Assembly (NCBI GenBank): GCA_963737065.1
Contig: CAVTRC010000001.1
Coordinates: forward strand, 160,001-224,000
Source of the DNA: Candidatus Eremiobacteria bacterium
Lineage (GTDB): Bacteria > Vulcanimicrobiota > Vulcanimicrobiia > Vulcanimicrobiales > Vulcanimicrobiaceae
Direction of reading: 5' to 3'
DNA length: 64,000 nucleotides
Part shown: piece by piece, positions 21,538 through 32,050 of the stretch
Numbering within the stretch: the stretch's first letter is position 1
How the letters are laid out: each line of letters begins with the position of its first letter
Translations under genes and position numbers: made by a program
Notes under the pieces: generated by a model
Told to the model about the DNA's origin: nothing
The model's input: the letters and a program-made list of their open reading frames with translations, nothing else
Database searches by the model: none

Positions 21538-23007
21538 TTGACGAGCGGCGGAACGCTTCCGCTCGCCGTCGTGGCCGCCGCCGGAATCACGCTTGGATTT
21601 TTCGCGTGGCTGATGGTCGTGGTGCCCCGCCACGACGCGCTTCTCTCGAATCTGGCGCTGGCCGGCTCCGTCGTCGTTGCAGCCGGCGTCGTCCTCCTCG
21701 CGTGGAACGGGTATGCGAAGTACTTCGCGCGGCGAACCGGGATCACGTTCGCGCGCGCGCTGCAGTACGATGCGATCGCGTGGGCACCGTTTATCCTGTT
21801 GTGGCTCACATTCGCGCTCTCGGTGACCTTCACGCGCGATGGTTCGACGGTGCTTGGGATCTCGCTCGGGCTCTTCGCAATAGCGAAAGTGCTGATCGCA
21901 GCGCGGTTCAATCAAACCGTGCGCGAGGTGCTGATTGACTTTGTCGCGACACGAGCCGCCGTGATCGTCATCGCGGAACTTGCGGCCGTCATTATCGGAC
22001 AGCGCGCGGGCACGCACGTGCAAGAGTCTTCGAACCTCTTGCTCAACGTGTGGGGTCGCTGGGACGCCGTACATTATCTCGATATCGCGACGCAAGGCTA
22101 CCAGGGAACCGACATGGCGTTCTTCCCGCTCTTTCCACTAATGATCCGCGTGCTCGGCAACTTGATGGGAAACCATCTCGTCGCCGGTATCCTGATCGCG
22201 AACGCCTCGTTCTTCTTCGCGCTGCTCTACCTCTATAAGCTGCTCGAGCACGAATTCGACCGGTCGGTGGCGCGACGTGCGATCTTCTACGTCTCCATTT
22301 TTCCGACCGCGCTCTTCTTCTCGGCCGTGTACACCGAGTCGCTGTTCTTCATGCTGACCGTCGCGTCGTTCTATTACATGCGCATGCATCGGTGGTGGCT
22401 GGCGGCGGTCATCGGACTGTTCGCATCGACGTCGCGGGTCGAAGGCATCCTGCTCGTCGTGCCGTTCGTGATGGAGTGGTATGCGCAGCATCGCGACAAT
22501 ATTCGCGACCGCCGCGCGCTCATCGACCTGTGCGCCGCCGCGCTGATTCCGGTCGGGCTCGCGTTCTACATGGCCTACCTCTGGGTGTTGCGCGCGGATC
22601 CGCTCTACTTCTCGCACGTGCAGATTCATTGGAATCGTCACTTCGCGCCGCCGTGGGTTAGCGTAATCAATGCCTTCTCGAAGATCGGCCACGCGACGCA
22701 AGCGCAAACGATCGCGAATCAGTCGCTCGAGATCGTGTTCACCGCACTCATGATCGCCGTGCTGCTCGGCGGATGGAAACAACTGCGGCCCTCCTATATC
22801 GCCTACATGGCGCTTTCGGTTCTGATTCCGATGTCCACATCGAGCTTGATGAGCATGCCGCGCTTCGCGCTCGTCCTCTTTCCGATGTTCGCGATCCTCG
22901 CGCGCTGGGGTGAACGTCCGGCAGTGAATAACTTGATCGTCGCGCTCTCGCTCCCGCTCCTAGGTCTCTTCACCGTTCTCTACGCAGATTGGTATTGGGT
23001 TGCATAA
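21538..23007 (+). CDS. GT-C mannosyltransferase (PIG-V/GT76-like) membrane protein; start uncertain
   Basis: Motifs RWDAVHYLDIATQGY, AFFPLFP, YTESLF and SMPRF; many transmembrane segments. Confidence 0.85.
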   Translation: MTSGGTLPLAVVAAAGITLGFFAWLMVVVPRHDALLSNLALAGSVVVAAGVVLLAWNGYAKYFARRTGITFARALQYDAIAWAPFILLWLTFALSVTFTRDGSTVLGISLGLFAIAKVLIAARFNQTVREVLIDFVATRAAVIVIAELAAVIIGQRAGTHVQESSNLLLNVWGRWDAVHYLDIATQGYQGTDMAFFPLFPLMIRVLGNLMGNHLVAGILIANASFFFALLYLYKLLEHEFDRSVARRAIFYVSIFPTALFFSAVYTESLFFMLTVASFYYMRMHRWWLAAVIGLFASTSRVEGILLVVPFVMEWYAQHRDNIRDRRALIDLCAAALIPVGLAFYMAYLWVLRADPLYFSHVQIHWNRHFAPPWVSVINAFSKIGHATQAQTIANQSLEIVFTALMIAVLLGGWKQLRPSYIAYMALSVLIPMSTSSLMSMPRFALVLFPMFAILARWGERPAVNNLIVALSLPLLGLFTVLYADWYWVA

Positions 23008-23431
23008 CAATCTCTCGTCGATCGCGGGACGCCGCGGCGTCCGTCAATTCGTAAAGTTCGGCATCGTCGGCGCGTCTGGTTTCCTCGTCAACTTCATCGT
23101 CTTCACGCTGCTGCAAAAAGTCGATCCGCAGCACGATGAAGCCTTGCACTATTACGTGCTCTATTCCATCGCATTTCTCTCCGGCGGCGTCTCCAATTAC
23201 TGGTTCAACCGCATCTGGACGTTTCGTTCGACCGGACACGCGGTGCACGAAGGCGCAAAATTTCTCACCGTGTCCATCATCGCAATGGTCGTCGGCTGGG
23301 TCGCATCGGCCGCCGTCGCGCCGTGGTATGGGCACGGGCATCGCACGTGGTTCGTCGGTACGCTCGCCGGTATTTTCGTGAATTTCTTCGTCAACAAATA
23401 CTGGACGTTTAAAAATGGCGCTCCGGCCTAG
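23000..23431 (+). CDS. GtrA family protein
   Basis: Motifs QFVKFGIVGASG, NYWFNRIWTF and NFFVNKYWTF. Confidence 0.92.
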   Translation: MHNNLSSIAGRRGVRQFVKFGIVGASGFLVNFIVFTLLQKVDPQHDEALHYYVLYSIAFLSGGVSNYWFNRIWTFRSTGHAVHEGAKFLTVSIIAMVVGWVASAAVAPWYGHGHRTWFVGTLAGIFVNFFVNKYWTFKNGAPA

Positions 23432-23438
23432 CTCGGAG

Positions 23439-23461
23439 CCTGTCCTAAGCTTGTCGAACGA
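23439..23461. repeat. 23-bp dispersed REP-like element, copy 2 (intergenic, degenerate)
   Basis: CCTGTCCTAAGCTTGTCGAACGA. Confidence 0.8.
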
Positions 23462-23590
23462 CGCCGGCCGCCTGCGGTGGGGCCCCCGAGTAATGGGGCG
23501 CTCGACGTGCCGGTAAGCGAAGACTCCCCTAGGGCGCCCCAAATAAACATCACGTCTTCAAGCAACGTTCATCGGGACTTCGTCGCGCTC

Positions 23591-25240
23591 TTGTTCGACA
23601 AGTATTTTTTATGGATACTTGGCGCGGTCGTGCTGCTTGCGGCGGTGTTGCGGTATAAGGGAATCCATAGCCCGATTCTCGATCACCCGGGATGGCGGCA
23701 AGGTGATACGGCCAGTATCGCGCGCAACTTTGCGGTCCTGCAGTACAACATTTTATTTCCGCAGACGAACTACAACGGACCGCCGCCAAACTACGTCGAG
23801 CTCGAACTGCAGATCGTGCCGTTTCTCGCGGCGACGCTGTACAAAATGTTCGGCGTTCACGAGATCTTCGGACGGCTGATTTCCGTAGCGTTTTCGCTCG
23901 GAACGGTCGCGGTCACCGGCCTTTTCGCCCGTTGGCTCTTTACGAGCAGCGTTGCCGGAATTATCGCGGCATTCTTTTACGCGATCTTTCCGGGAAGTCT
24001 CTACTACGGGCGGACGTTCACGCCGGATACGACGATGGTCTTCTTCTTGACGGCCGCACTCTACGTAACGACGCGCCTTATTATCGAAGACGAAATCTTC
24101 TCGCAGCGTTCGCTCGCGCGGGCAACAGCGCTTCTGACCTTCGCATACCTCGCCAAGCCCGTCGCGGTCGCCGGAATCGTGCCGGTGATTGCGGCGTTGT
24201 GGGAACGCGTGCGCAGCGGGCGCACGATGCGGCCGACCGCGATTGCCGTCATGCTCGTCGTACCGCTCGTGATTCTGTATCTTTACGATGTGCGCGTCGG
24301 CGAACACGCGGAGTGGCATTGGGCTAGCGGCATTACGAAGCTGCACGTCCTGCCGTCGCTCATCGCGGCGGTTACTCATCCGCGCGCATTCGTTGAGAAG
24401 GCGGAAACGTTCTGGCAGGTGCTCGGGATGCTGCGCGATACGATGCTCGGAACGATCGGCTTCTGCGTAGCGATTGCTTCGTTCATTGCGCTTCCGTGGC
24501 TCGCCGCGCGCAGTCGCGCGATGGTATGGGGCTGGCTCGCCGGCGGCCTCGCCTACACGTACGTCGTCGTGACGGTGGAGCGCGTCGACTACTACCTCTA
24601 TCTGTTCCTGCCGCTTTGCGCGCTCGTTATCGGCGGCGCGCTCGCCGCGTTCTTTGAACGCATGCTTCGCACCGATGCCGCGCCCGCAACGCGGTACGCC
24701 ATCGCATCGCTCGTCCCGATCGTCGCCATCGCGTCCGCCGTCAACGGTCATGCTGCGATCCGCGGCTACTACGCATATAACAAACAAACGTATCGTAATG
24801 CCGTTGCGCTCGACCGGACGCTGCCGAAAAACGCGATCGTCGTCATCGGCCACTACGGTCCGGACGTGCAGTACTACATCAATCGCTATGGCTGGGAAGA
24901 AGACCCGTACCTTTGGACGCCGTTCGACGAACAGAGCGCAATCCGAAAAGGCGCGCGCTACTTCATCTCGATCGAAGACAACCGATTCCGCCGAAACCTA
25001 GAACTCTGCGCGTGGATGTCGCGCTTTCCGGTGCGCGATGCGAACGCGACGGGTTCCCGCGTTGCGCGGGAACCCATCTGGCCGGTTTATGAGACCGACC
25101 CGGCGCGCGTGCGTCCCGGCACGCAAGCGTTTTGGCGCGCGTTCCGCAGCGCGGAACGAGCGGGCAGCGGACGCGCGTTCTTAGACGTTCGCGGCGTATG
25201 CATGCTCCGCCCGAATAGTGTCCGTCGCATTCGGACGTAA
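23591..25240 (+). CDS. ArnT/PMT-like GT-C glycosyltransferase (GT39/83-like); start uncertain
   Basis: Motifs [27 protein letters not shown] and LAKP; multi-pass membrane protein. Confidence 0.82.
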   Translation: MFDKYFLWILGAVVLLAAVLRYKGIHSPILDHPGWRQGDTASIARNFAVLQYNILFPQTNYNGPPPNYVELELQIVPFLAATLYKMFGVHEIFGRLISVAFSLGTVAVTGLFARWLFTSSVAGIIAAFFYAIFPGSLYYGRTFTPDTTMVFFLTAALYVTTRLIIEDEIFSQRSLARATALLTFAYLAKPVAVAGIVPVIAALWERVRSGRTMRPTAIAVMLVVPLVILYLYDVRVGEHAEWHWASGITKLHVLPSLIAAVTHPRAFVEKAETFWQVLGMLRDTMLGTIGFCVAIASFIALPWLAARSRAMVWGWLAGGLAYTYVVVTVERVDYYLYLFLPLCALVIGGALAAFFERMLRTDAAPATRYAIASLVPIVAIASAVNGHAAIRGYYAYNKQTYRNAVALDRTLPKNAIVVIGHYGPDVQYYINRYGWEEDPYLWTPFDEQSAIRKGARYFISIEDNRFRRNLELCAWMSRFPVRDANATGSRVAREPIWPVYETDPARVRPGTQAFWRAFRSAERAGSGRAFLDVRGVCMLRPNSVRRIRT

Positions 25241-26395
25241 GAAGGTCTTCACCATTGCGTCGCGATGGCGCGCCATTTCCTTGTAATAGCGCGGCGCATC
25301 ATCGAGCGAGCCGCGATGGGTGATGATGAACGACGGGTCAATTTCGCCTCGCGAGATACGTTCGAGCAACGGCTGCATGTAGCGCTGCACGTGCGTCTGC
25401 CCCGTGCGTAGCTGCAGCCCTTTGCCGAACACGGTGCCCATCGGCATCATATCGATGAAGCCCGTATAGACGCCCGGAATCGACACCGTTCCTCCCTTCG
25501 CACATGCGGTAATCGCTTCGCGAAGGACGTGGGGACGGTCCAATTCCAGCCGCAGTTCCTGCTTCATTTTGTCGAGCATGGCGTCGGGAGTGACCGCGTG
25601 TGCTTCCATACCGACGCAATCGATGCACGCGTCGGGTCCTCGTCCACCGGTATACTGATAGAGCGCTTCGAGCACGTTGTTCTCATCGTGATTGATGACG
25701 TCTGCGCCGGCTTCGCGCGCGAGATCGAGGCGCTCGTTGAACCGGTCGATCGCAATCACGCGCGCCGCGCCGAGCAAGAACGCGCTGCGAATCGCAAACT
25801 GGCCGACGGGTCCGCAGCCCCACACGGCGACGACATCGCCCGGCTTGATGTCGGCGTTCTCCGCCGCCATATAGCCCGTCGGCAAGATATCGGACAAATA
25901 CAACACTTGCTCGTCGCGCAACTCATCAGGGACCTTGAGCGGCCCCGAATCGGCAAACGGCACACGCACGTACTCTGCTTGGCCGCCGGAGTAACCGCCG
26001 AAGAGATGCGAATATCCATACAGGCCGGCCGGCGAATAGCCGTACAGCTTTTCGACGACCGCGGCGTTTGGATTGGAGTTGTCGCAAAGCGAGTATAGCG
26101 CTCGACGGCACGGCTCGCACCCGCCGCACGAAATCGTAAACGGAACCACGACCCGGTCGCCGGGCCTAAGCGTCCGCACTTCCGGGCCGACTTCTTCGAT
26201 CACGCCCATGAATTCGTGGCCGAGGATATCGCCCGGCTTCATCATGAGGACGAGCCCGTTGTACAGGTGCAGATCCGAACCGCAAATCGCCGTCGACGTC
26301 ACGCGGACGATCGCATCATGCGGATTGATAATTGCCGGATCTTCAACGTTCTCGACGCGCACGTCGTGCGTTCCGTGCCAAACAACCGCCTTCAT
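25181..26395 (-). CDS. Zn-dependent alcohol/formaldehyde dehydrogenase (MDR family)
   Basis: Motifs ICGSDLH, GHEFMG, CGGCEPC..C, SDILPTG and GCGPVG. Confidence 0.93.
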   Translation of the reverse strand: MKAVVWHGTHDVRVENVEDPAIINPHDAIVRVTSTAICGSDLHLYNGLVLMMKPGDILGHEFMGVIEEVGPEVRTLRPGDRVVVPFTISCGGCEPCRRALYSLCDNSNPNAAVVEKLYGYSPAGLYGYSHLFGGYSGGQAEYVRVPFADSGPLKVPDELRDEQVLYLSDILPTGYMAAENADIKPGDVVAVWGCGPVGQFAIRSAFLLGAARVIAIDRFNERLDLAREAGADVINHDENNVLEALYQYTGGRGPDACIDCVGMEAHAVTPDAMLDKMKQELRLELDRPHVLREAITACAKGGTVSIPGVYTGFIDMMPMGTVFGKGLQLRTGQTHVQRYMQPLLERISRGEIDPSFIITHRGSLDDAPRYYKEMARHRDAMVKTFLRPNATDTIRAEHAYAANV

Positions 26396-26811
26396 TGGCG
26401 CGCTCCCGTTGCGATCTCACCGGTTTCGAGCAGCATCTTCATGCGGCGCACGATTTCTTTCACATGGTACTTCTCGCCGTGCATCGCCGCGTGCAACTCC
26501 GTACCGCGGCGTTCCGGCGCGGCGATCAGTGCAAGCCGTCCGCTTTCCTCCGGATGCGGCCCACAACTCCACTCGATCAGGCGATTGTCCGCGAGATCTC
26601 GGACAATCATGAGTTGGTCGCAGCCAACGGATGTTTGAATGATATCGTCGGTCAAGCGATCGATCGCCGTTTCACGATCGAGCGAGACCGTCATCGTCTG
26701 CGCCGTCATTTGGCGTTTTCCGCTCGTGTACGAGCGGATGATTCGCGCTGCTACGGCTGCGGCAAGTACACCGCCTGCCGCAATAGCTACATTTCGATAC
26801 GAAGACTTCAT
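26392..26811 (-). CDS. Short SRPBCC/cyclase-like protein with N-terminal membrane anchor
   Basis: C-terminal [23 protein letters not shown] resembles the SRPBCC proteins that precede this dehydrogenase; ATGA overlap with it. Confidence 0.6.
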   Translation of the reverse strand: MKSSYRNVAIAAGGVLAAAVAARIIRSYTSGKRQMTAQTMTVSLDRETAIDRLTDDIIQTSVGCDQLMIVRDLADNRLIEWSCGPHPEESGRLALIAAPERRGTELHAAMHGEKYHVKEIVRRMKMLLETGEIATGARQ

Positions 26812-26842
26812 GCGCACGCTTTTCCCCGGGTAAAACTCGCCC

Positions 26843-27854
26843 ATGCGTACTCGTCTGATTTCCTTGACCGCGCTCCTCGCCGGCACGTATGCGATCGCGT
26901 CGGCGGTCAGACGCTTGCGTGCAAAGCGACTTGACGGGCAGGTGGTCGTCATTACCGGCGGCTCGCGCGGACTTGGCTTGGCGGTGGCGCGCGAGTTCGT
27001 ACGGCGGAAGGCGCGCGTGGTGTTGATCGCTCGCGACGGCGACGAACTCGCCCGCGCTCGAGACCAGCTCATGAGTATCGGTGCCGAATCAATGGCCGTG
27101 CAAGCAGACGTGCGTAATCGCCGACGACGCACGGCTGGCGGTTGCGCGAGCGTTGGAGTCGTTTGGAAAGATCGACGTGCTTGTAAACGATGCGGGCACG
27201 ATTGTCGTGGGGCCGATGGAGACGATGACGCGTGAAGACTACGCCGACGCACTCGACACGCATTTCTGGGGAACGTACAACATGGTGGAGGCGGCTTGGG
27301 ACGAGCTTCGCCGCAGTCACGGCGCGATCGTGAACGTCACGTCGATCGGTGGACGAATCAGCGTACCGCATCTCCTTCCATATAGCGTGAGCAAGTTTGC
27401 CCAAGTCGGATACTCCGAAGGTCTTCGCGCCGAGGCGGCGCGCTTCGGCATCTCCGTTACGACCGTCACACCGGGACTCATGCGCACCGGAAGTCCCCGC
27501 AACGCGTGGTTCAAAGGAAACAACCGCGCGGAGTACGCGTGGTTCCATGTCTCGGATGCGCTACCGGTTCTTTCGGTTTCCGCATCATATGCTGCGCGCC
27601 GCATCGCCGATGCGTGCGCGCGCGGAGAAGCTAACGTCAGCATCGGGCCGTCGGCGTTTTTCGCAACGCGCATCCACGGACTTTCACCCGGCCTCACCGC
27701 ACGCGCATTGGAAGTCGCGGCTTTTTTGCTGCCGAAGTCTCCCGCGAACGAAACGCCACGCCGGCGAGGAATGGAAAGCGAAACGGCAGTCACGGCATCG
27801 CCGCTCACCGCGCTCAGCAGAAAAGCCGAGCGGGAGTACAATCAACTGCCTTAA
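26843..27854 (+). pseudogene. SDR oxidoreductase split by a 1-nt frameshift at about 27116-27119
   Basis: Frame A carries VVITGGSRGLG..VQADV. Frame B carries ADDARLAV..IDVLVNDAG..YSVSK. One extra base separates them in CGT AAT C GCC GAC. Confidence 0.85.
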
Positions 27855-28648
27855 TGTTGCGAGTCGATGGTATGAAACGTCGTGAGGGCGCGTTCGAACG
27901 CGTCGGGCCCGACGTGGACGTTCCCGCGGAACGGATAATCGAGACTCATCGTAAGAAAAATCACCAAGCCGATCAGTAAGGCGAGGGTCCCGACCATCGC
28001 GGTCTGCATCGCGGATTGCTTGAATCCGAAGAGATACGTAAATGCGACGGTAATGAACCCACCCAGAATGACGGTGAGCCACATCATCCCATTGAGTCCG
28101 GTGGCGTCCTGCGTCAGCCGCTCGTCTCGCGCAGCGAGCGACGCAGCCATCGCGCCGATCATCTGCTCGTGGAGGTTTACTTCGCGCGAATCGCGCGGGT
28201 CGAGCGCGTTGACGTCGTGCGAGAGCCGCTCGGCTTCAGCTTCCGTGTCATCGCTTACGCGACCGGCTTGCATTGCGGGCCATCCGCGTGCGATCACGTC
28301 GTTAACGTACGAATGTAGATCTCTGCGAATGAACCCGCTTTCCGGCAACGATGCGGCAGCGCGATAAACCGTCGCGAGACTGCTAGCCTCGCGATACGTT
28401 GCCGCCTCCGAATCGCTGAATCGTTCCCAAACACCGATCGCGATGAAGCCTAAGACGACGGCGTAGATGACCCCGACGACAGCGAAGATGAAGCCCGTGA
28501 GGTCGTTGTGATCGCGCAACATCTCGGGCGATGAGAACCGGCGCGAAACGCGCGCGAGCGCAATGGAAAGCCCGACGAAGCCGCCCACGACGATGATCGC
28601 GCCAAGCAGCAACGGAAGCCGTTCGAAGAAAGCGACCAAGTACGTCAT
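27851..28648 (-). CDS. DUF4239-like membrane protein
   Basis: Motifs HNDLTGFIFAVVGVIYAVVLGF, VWERF..EASSL and LDYPFRG. Confidence 0.8.
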   Translation of the reverse strand: MTYLVAFFERLPLLLGAIIVVGGFVGLSIALARVSRRFSSPEMLRDHNDLTGFIFAVVGVIYAVVLGFIAIGVWERFSDSEAATYREASSLATVYRAAASLPESGFIRRDLHSYVNDVIARGWPAMQAGRVSDDTEAEAERLSHDVNALDPRDSREVNLHEQMIGAMAASLAARDERLTQDATGLNGMMWLTVILGGFITVAFTYLFGFKQSAMQTAMVGTLALLIGLVIFLTMSLDYPFRGNVHVGPDAFERALTTFHTIDSQH

Positions 28649-29319
28649 GGCAACGGCAAGAGCGACGCCGCGCTCGAGGACGTCGGCGCGTGCGCCGATT
28701 CGGGAATTCCCGCGCTCACGAGTTCGCGGTAATTGATCAACCGGTTCGTGTTGCGTGCGACGTCGAGTTCGAGCGAATAGCTGCGCTTGATCGCGCTCGT
28801 AAGATCGACGGTATCGTACGTATACGAGAAGCGTGTTATGCTCGCGAGGATGCCTTTGTTCGTGGCGTTGAGCTGCTCGTAGGCTTTTTGAATCGTCGCA
28901 CCGGCTTCTTTATACGTCGGATAGTTCGAGATCACGATCTCGCGCTTGAGCTTGGCATCTTCGATCGTCGATTTCAATCCGGCAAGACGCACGCTAGCGG
29001 GATCGACCTTCAACCCCTCATCGAGCGTAACCAGGGCATCGTCGAAGTCGCCGCTCGTGTAGAGGTCTTGCGCGAGCGCACCGGAGGCTTGAACGAGTCC
29101 CGCGCGCGCTCGTGGATCTTTCGGATCGACGCGCAGCGCAAGACGGTATGCGAGTTCCGCGTCCCGCACGTTGCCGCGGTCCATCGCGACGTCGCCTTGA
29201 TGCACGCGCGTATTGACGATCCAATGCTCGACGCTGCCGGCACAGCCCGCGAGCGGGAATGCCGCCAATGCGACAGCCAGAATCCTAAAAGTGAACCACA
29301 TTTGCGAACCGTGCCACAT
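28645..29319 (-). CDS. Putative lipoprotein with TPR-like helices
   Basis: Lipobox LAGC; AELAYRLALRVDPKD and ALVTLDEGLKVDP repeats. Confidence 0.7.
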   Translation of the reverse strand: MWHGSQMWFTFRILAVALAAFPLAGCAGSVEHWIVNTRVHQGDVAMDRGNVRDAELAYRLALRVDPKDPRARAGLVQASGALAQDLYTSGDFDDALVTLDEGLKVDPASVRLAGLKSTIEDAKLKREIVISNYPTYKEAGATIQKAYEQLNATNKGILASITRFSYTYDTVDLTSAIKRSYSLELDVARNTNRLINYRELVSAGIPESAHAPTSSSAASLLPLP

Positions 29320-30205
29320 ATTCGATCACCAAAGCGGCTTGGACGAAGACGAGCTGTGAGAGGAGCGAGCCGACAATTGCCGTCACGCTCAAGTAGAACA
29401 CCATCGTACGGACTTCCTCGACCGTACGTTGGCCGTGGATGGCCTGATCGGTGATCATCGACGATGTCGGATCGACGAAGAGCGTGAAAAGGATCGTTCC
29501 GATCCCGTTGATGACGCCCGAAAGGCTCGTTGCGGTACGCGCGACGTTTGGATCGAATACCGAGGCGAGAAACGCGGCCTGCACCCCGATCGAATACACG
29601 CCGGTCACCAAAATGTTGGAGATCAGCAATCGTCGGGGTACCGAACGCCAATCGAACGATCGCACTTCCTCCCACGATGGGAGATGTTCTGAGCGCAGCA
29701 CCTCCGCGACGTTTTTTGGTTTGAGCAGTTGGGCGAGCGCGTGCGGAACGGACCCTCGAAGTTCGAACGATCGCACGCCGCGGCGGAACAGATATGTGAA
29801 CAACGGCAACAAGATCGCGCACACGAGCATGCCAAACGTTCCCGCGAATACGATGAGCCGCAGTTGCCATTCGAACGTGTGCTGCCAGACGCCGAGATCG
29901 GCGTGATGTCCTTGCAATTGCGCCGCCGCATTTCCGGCTGCATCGGAGAGCGGAGCGATGAAAAAGACGGAAAAGAGCGTTGCCAGGCGGCCAACCGTCA
30001 TGAAGAGGTTGTAGAGCGAGATCGACGTGGCGATACGATGCGTCTGAACGCCGGCCAGCCGCGCGGCATATGCGCCGATCGTGACGCCTTGCGTGATGAA
30101 CGTGATGATCATCGCGCCGATGAGGCGGCCCGACCACAAATGGGGAGTGACGTCGATGACCGTCTTGACGGTCTTCGTAATCGTGATGTAGTGGTCGGCG
30201 CTCAC
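29285..30205 (-). CDS. amj: Amj (DUF2837) family lipid II flippase
   Basis: Motifs AYAARLAGVQTHRIATSISLYN, LSGVINGIGTILFTLFVDP and MITDQ. Confidence 0.8.
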   Translation of the reverse strand: MSADHYITITKTVKTVIDVTPHLWSGRLIGAMIITFITQGVTIGAYAARLAGVQTHRIATSISLYNLFMTVGRLATLFSVFFIAPLSDAAGNAAAQLQGHHADLGVWQHTFEWQLRLIVFAGTFGMLVCAILLPLFTYLFRRGVRSFELRGSVPHALAQLLKPKNVAEVLRSEHLPSWEEVRSFDWRSVPRRLLISNILVTGVYSIGVQAAFLASVFDPNVARTATSLSGVINGIGTILFTLFVDPTSSMITDQAIHGQRTVEEVRTMVFYLSVTAIVGSLLSQLVFVQAALVIEYVARFANVVHF

Positions 30206-30211
30206 CGAGCG

Positions 30212-31468
30212 TTACGCTGCGTCTCGATTAAACTCGATTGCCGCCTCATCGACCGGTCCAAGGATGCATAAGCCGAGTTGATCGTCGGTGAAAAGCTCTT
30301 GCGCAACGTCGGTGATTTGCGGCGCCGTGACGCCGTCGACGCGTTCTTCGAGCTCTTCGGGCGTCATGTGACGTCCGAGCGTAAACTCGTTGCGGCCCAG
30401 ACGAATCATACGGCTCGACGTCGACTCGAGCGAAAGCGTTAGGCTCCCTTTGATGTGTTCCTTCGCCAGTTGCAACTCTGCATCGGAGATGCGAACGTTA
30501 CGCAGTGCGCCGAGTTGCTCGACGATAAGATCGATACACGGCTGCACGGTATCCGGTGATGTTCCGGCGTAGATGCCGAACAACCCCGCCTCACGATATG
30601 CGGCTTGAAACGAATACACGGTATACACGAGCCCGCGCTTCTCGCGAATCTCTTGGAAGAGCCGGCTCGACATTCCGCCGCCCAGCACCGTGTCGAGCAC
30701 CGAAAGCGCGAAACGCCGGTCGTCGCGCGCGGAAAGTCCGCGCGACCCGACAACGACGTAAGCTTGCTCGCTGTCCTTATGCCGGATCAACGTTCCAGGC
30801 GTCGTGGACGGCGCGTCGGGTTCGAAGCTTTCGCTCGTCCCGCGGAAATTCGCAAAACACTCCGCAACGAGTTCGACGAAGCGGTCATGATCGACGTTGC
30901 CGGCAGCCGCGACGACGACCGAATTCGGCGCATAGTGGCGCTTCATGTGCGCCCGTAGGTCCGCCGGCGTGACACGCGTCACGGTATCGACGAAACCGAT
31001 CGTCGGATCGCCGAGATTCGACCCGCTCCACATCGTCTGCAGAAAAAGATCGTGAATCAACTCGTCCGGTGAGTCTTCGTACATTTTGATCTCTTCGAGC
31101 ACGACTTTTTGTTCTTTTGCGAGCTCGTCGGGATCGAACGCGGAATGCAGGAACATGTCGGCCAGCACGTCGAGCGCGAGCGGCACGTGCCGGTCGATGA
31201 CCTTCGCATAATAGCAGGTCGTCTCTTTATCGGTGAATGCGTTCAGATTGCCGCCGACGCCGTCCATCGTCTCGGCAATGTCGCGCGCGCTCCTGCGGGC
31301 GGTTCCTTTGAACAGCATGTGCTCGACGAGGTGCGAAATGCCGCGATCGCCGGGCGTTTCCAACGACGAGCCGACGTCGGCCCAGATGCCGATCGTCGCG
31401 GAGCGCACCGCGGGCATGGTTTCGGTCAGCACCCGCAAGCCGTTCGGGAGCGTCGTCTTCTTATACAC
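30212..31468 (-). CDS. M16 family zinc peptidase
   Basis: Motifs HLVEHMLFKGT, NAFTDKE and MSSRLFQEIREKRGLVY. Confidence 0.95.
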   Translation of the reverse strand: MYKKTTLPNGLRVLTETMPAVRSATIGIWADVGSSLETPGDRGISHLVEHMLFKGTARRSARDIAETMDGVGGNLNAFTDKETTCYYAKVIDRHVPLALDVLADMFLHSAFDPDELAKEQKVVLEEIKMYEDSPDELIHDLFLQTMWSGSNLGDPTIGFVDTVTRVTPADLRAHMKRHYAPNSVVVAAAGNVDHDRFVELVAECFANFRGTSESFEPDAPSTTPGTLIRHKDSEQAYVVVGSRGLSARDDRRFALSVLDTVLGGGMSSRLFQEIREKRGLVYTVYSFQAAYREAGLFGIYAGTSPDTVQPCIDLIVEQLGALRNVRISDAELQLAKEHIKGSLTLSLESTSSRMIRLGRNEFTLGRHMTPEELEERVDGVTAPQITDVAQELFTDDQLGLCILGPVDEAAIEFNRDAA

Positions 31469-31479
31469 TCAGGATCTCC

Positions 31480-32004
31480 CTAGGTACTACTTTTGAAAGC
31501 GGTGCGTGCCCATTCCTCGTCGACGAAGACGTCTTCGCCGCCGCGGAGGCGCTCGGCAAGCGCGGCCGGCGTCTCACTACGCCGCGCGCTCAGCGTGAAC
31601 ACCGTACGCGAGGTCGGTTTCGCAAGGTCACCGGCGACGATCACGCCTTTGCCCACATTGAGCGGCACAGTGGTCCAAACATCGATTTCTTCAGCCTGCG
31701 GCGCAGCCGCAAAACATTCTCCAACGAGCGAGGCAATCTCGTCGTAAAACGCTTCGCGTGTAAGGGAACGGTGGAAATGCACCCCGTTGAGCCGCAGTCC
31801 GAGCACGAGATGCGTGCCGATCTGGTTGGCCGCGACCTGCATCACTTGCGCGGGCCATTCTTGACGAAAAACGTGATCGCCCACGGCAATCGCAATATCT
31901 TTACGATTACCTGTGGCGCGCGCGTGCGCATCGAGATCGGCAACGCTCGGCGTCGATGCAACAGACGTCGCCGCCGTTACAGCCGCTAGGATTGCTGCTA
32001 ACAT
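31480..32004 (-). CDS. Secreted hypothetical protein
   Basis: Signal-like MLAAILAAVTAA; co-directional between proS and the M16 peptidase gene. Confidence 0.65.
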   Translation of the reverse strand: MLAAILAAVTAATSVASTPSVADLDAHARATGNRKDIAIAVGDHVFRQEWPAQVMQVAANQIGTHLVLGLRLNGVHFHRSLTREAFYDEIASLVGECFAAAPQAEEIDVWTTVPLNVGKGVIVAGDLAKPTSRTVFTLSARRSETPAALAERLRGGEDVFVDEEWARTAFKSST

Positions 32005-32050
32005 AGCAGGTGACTTTAGCCAGCGAGGCTTTAGCTTTGATGGACAAAGT

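Noticed and set aside
23477..23590. N-terminal extension of the ArnT-like ORF in the ORF track
   Set aside because: It is translated from the palindromic intergenic element. A start near 23591 fits better.
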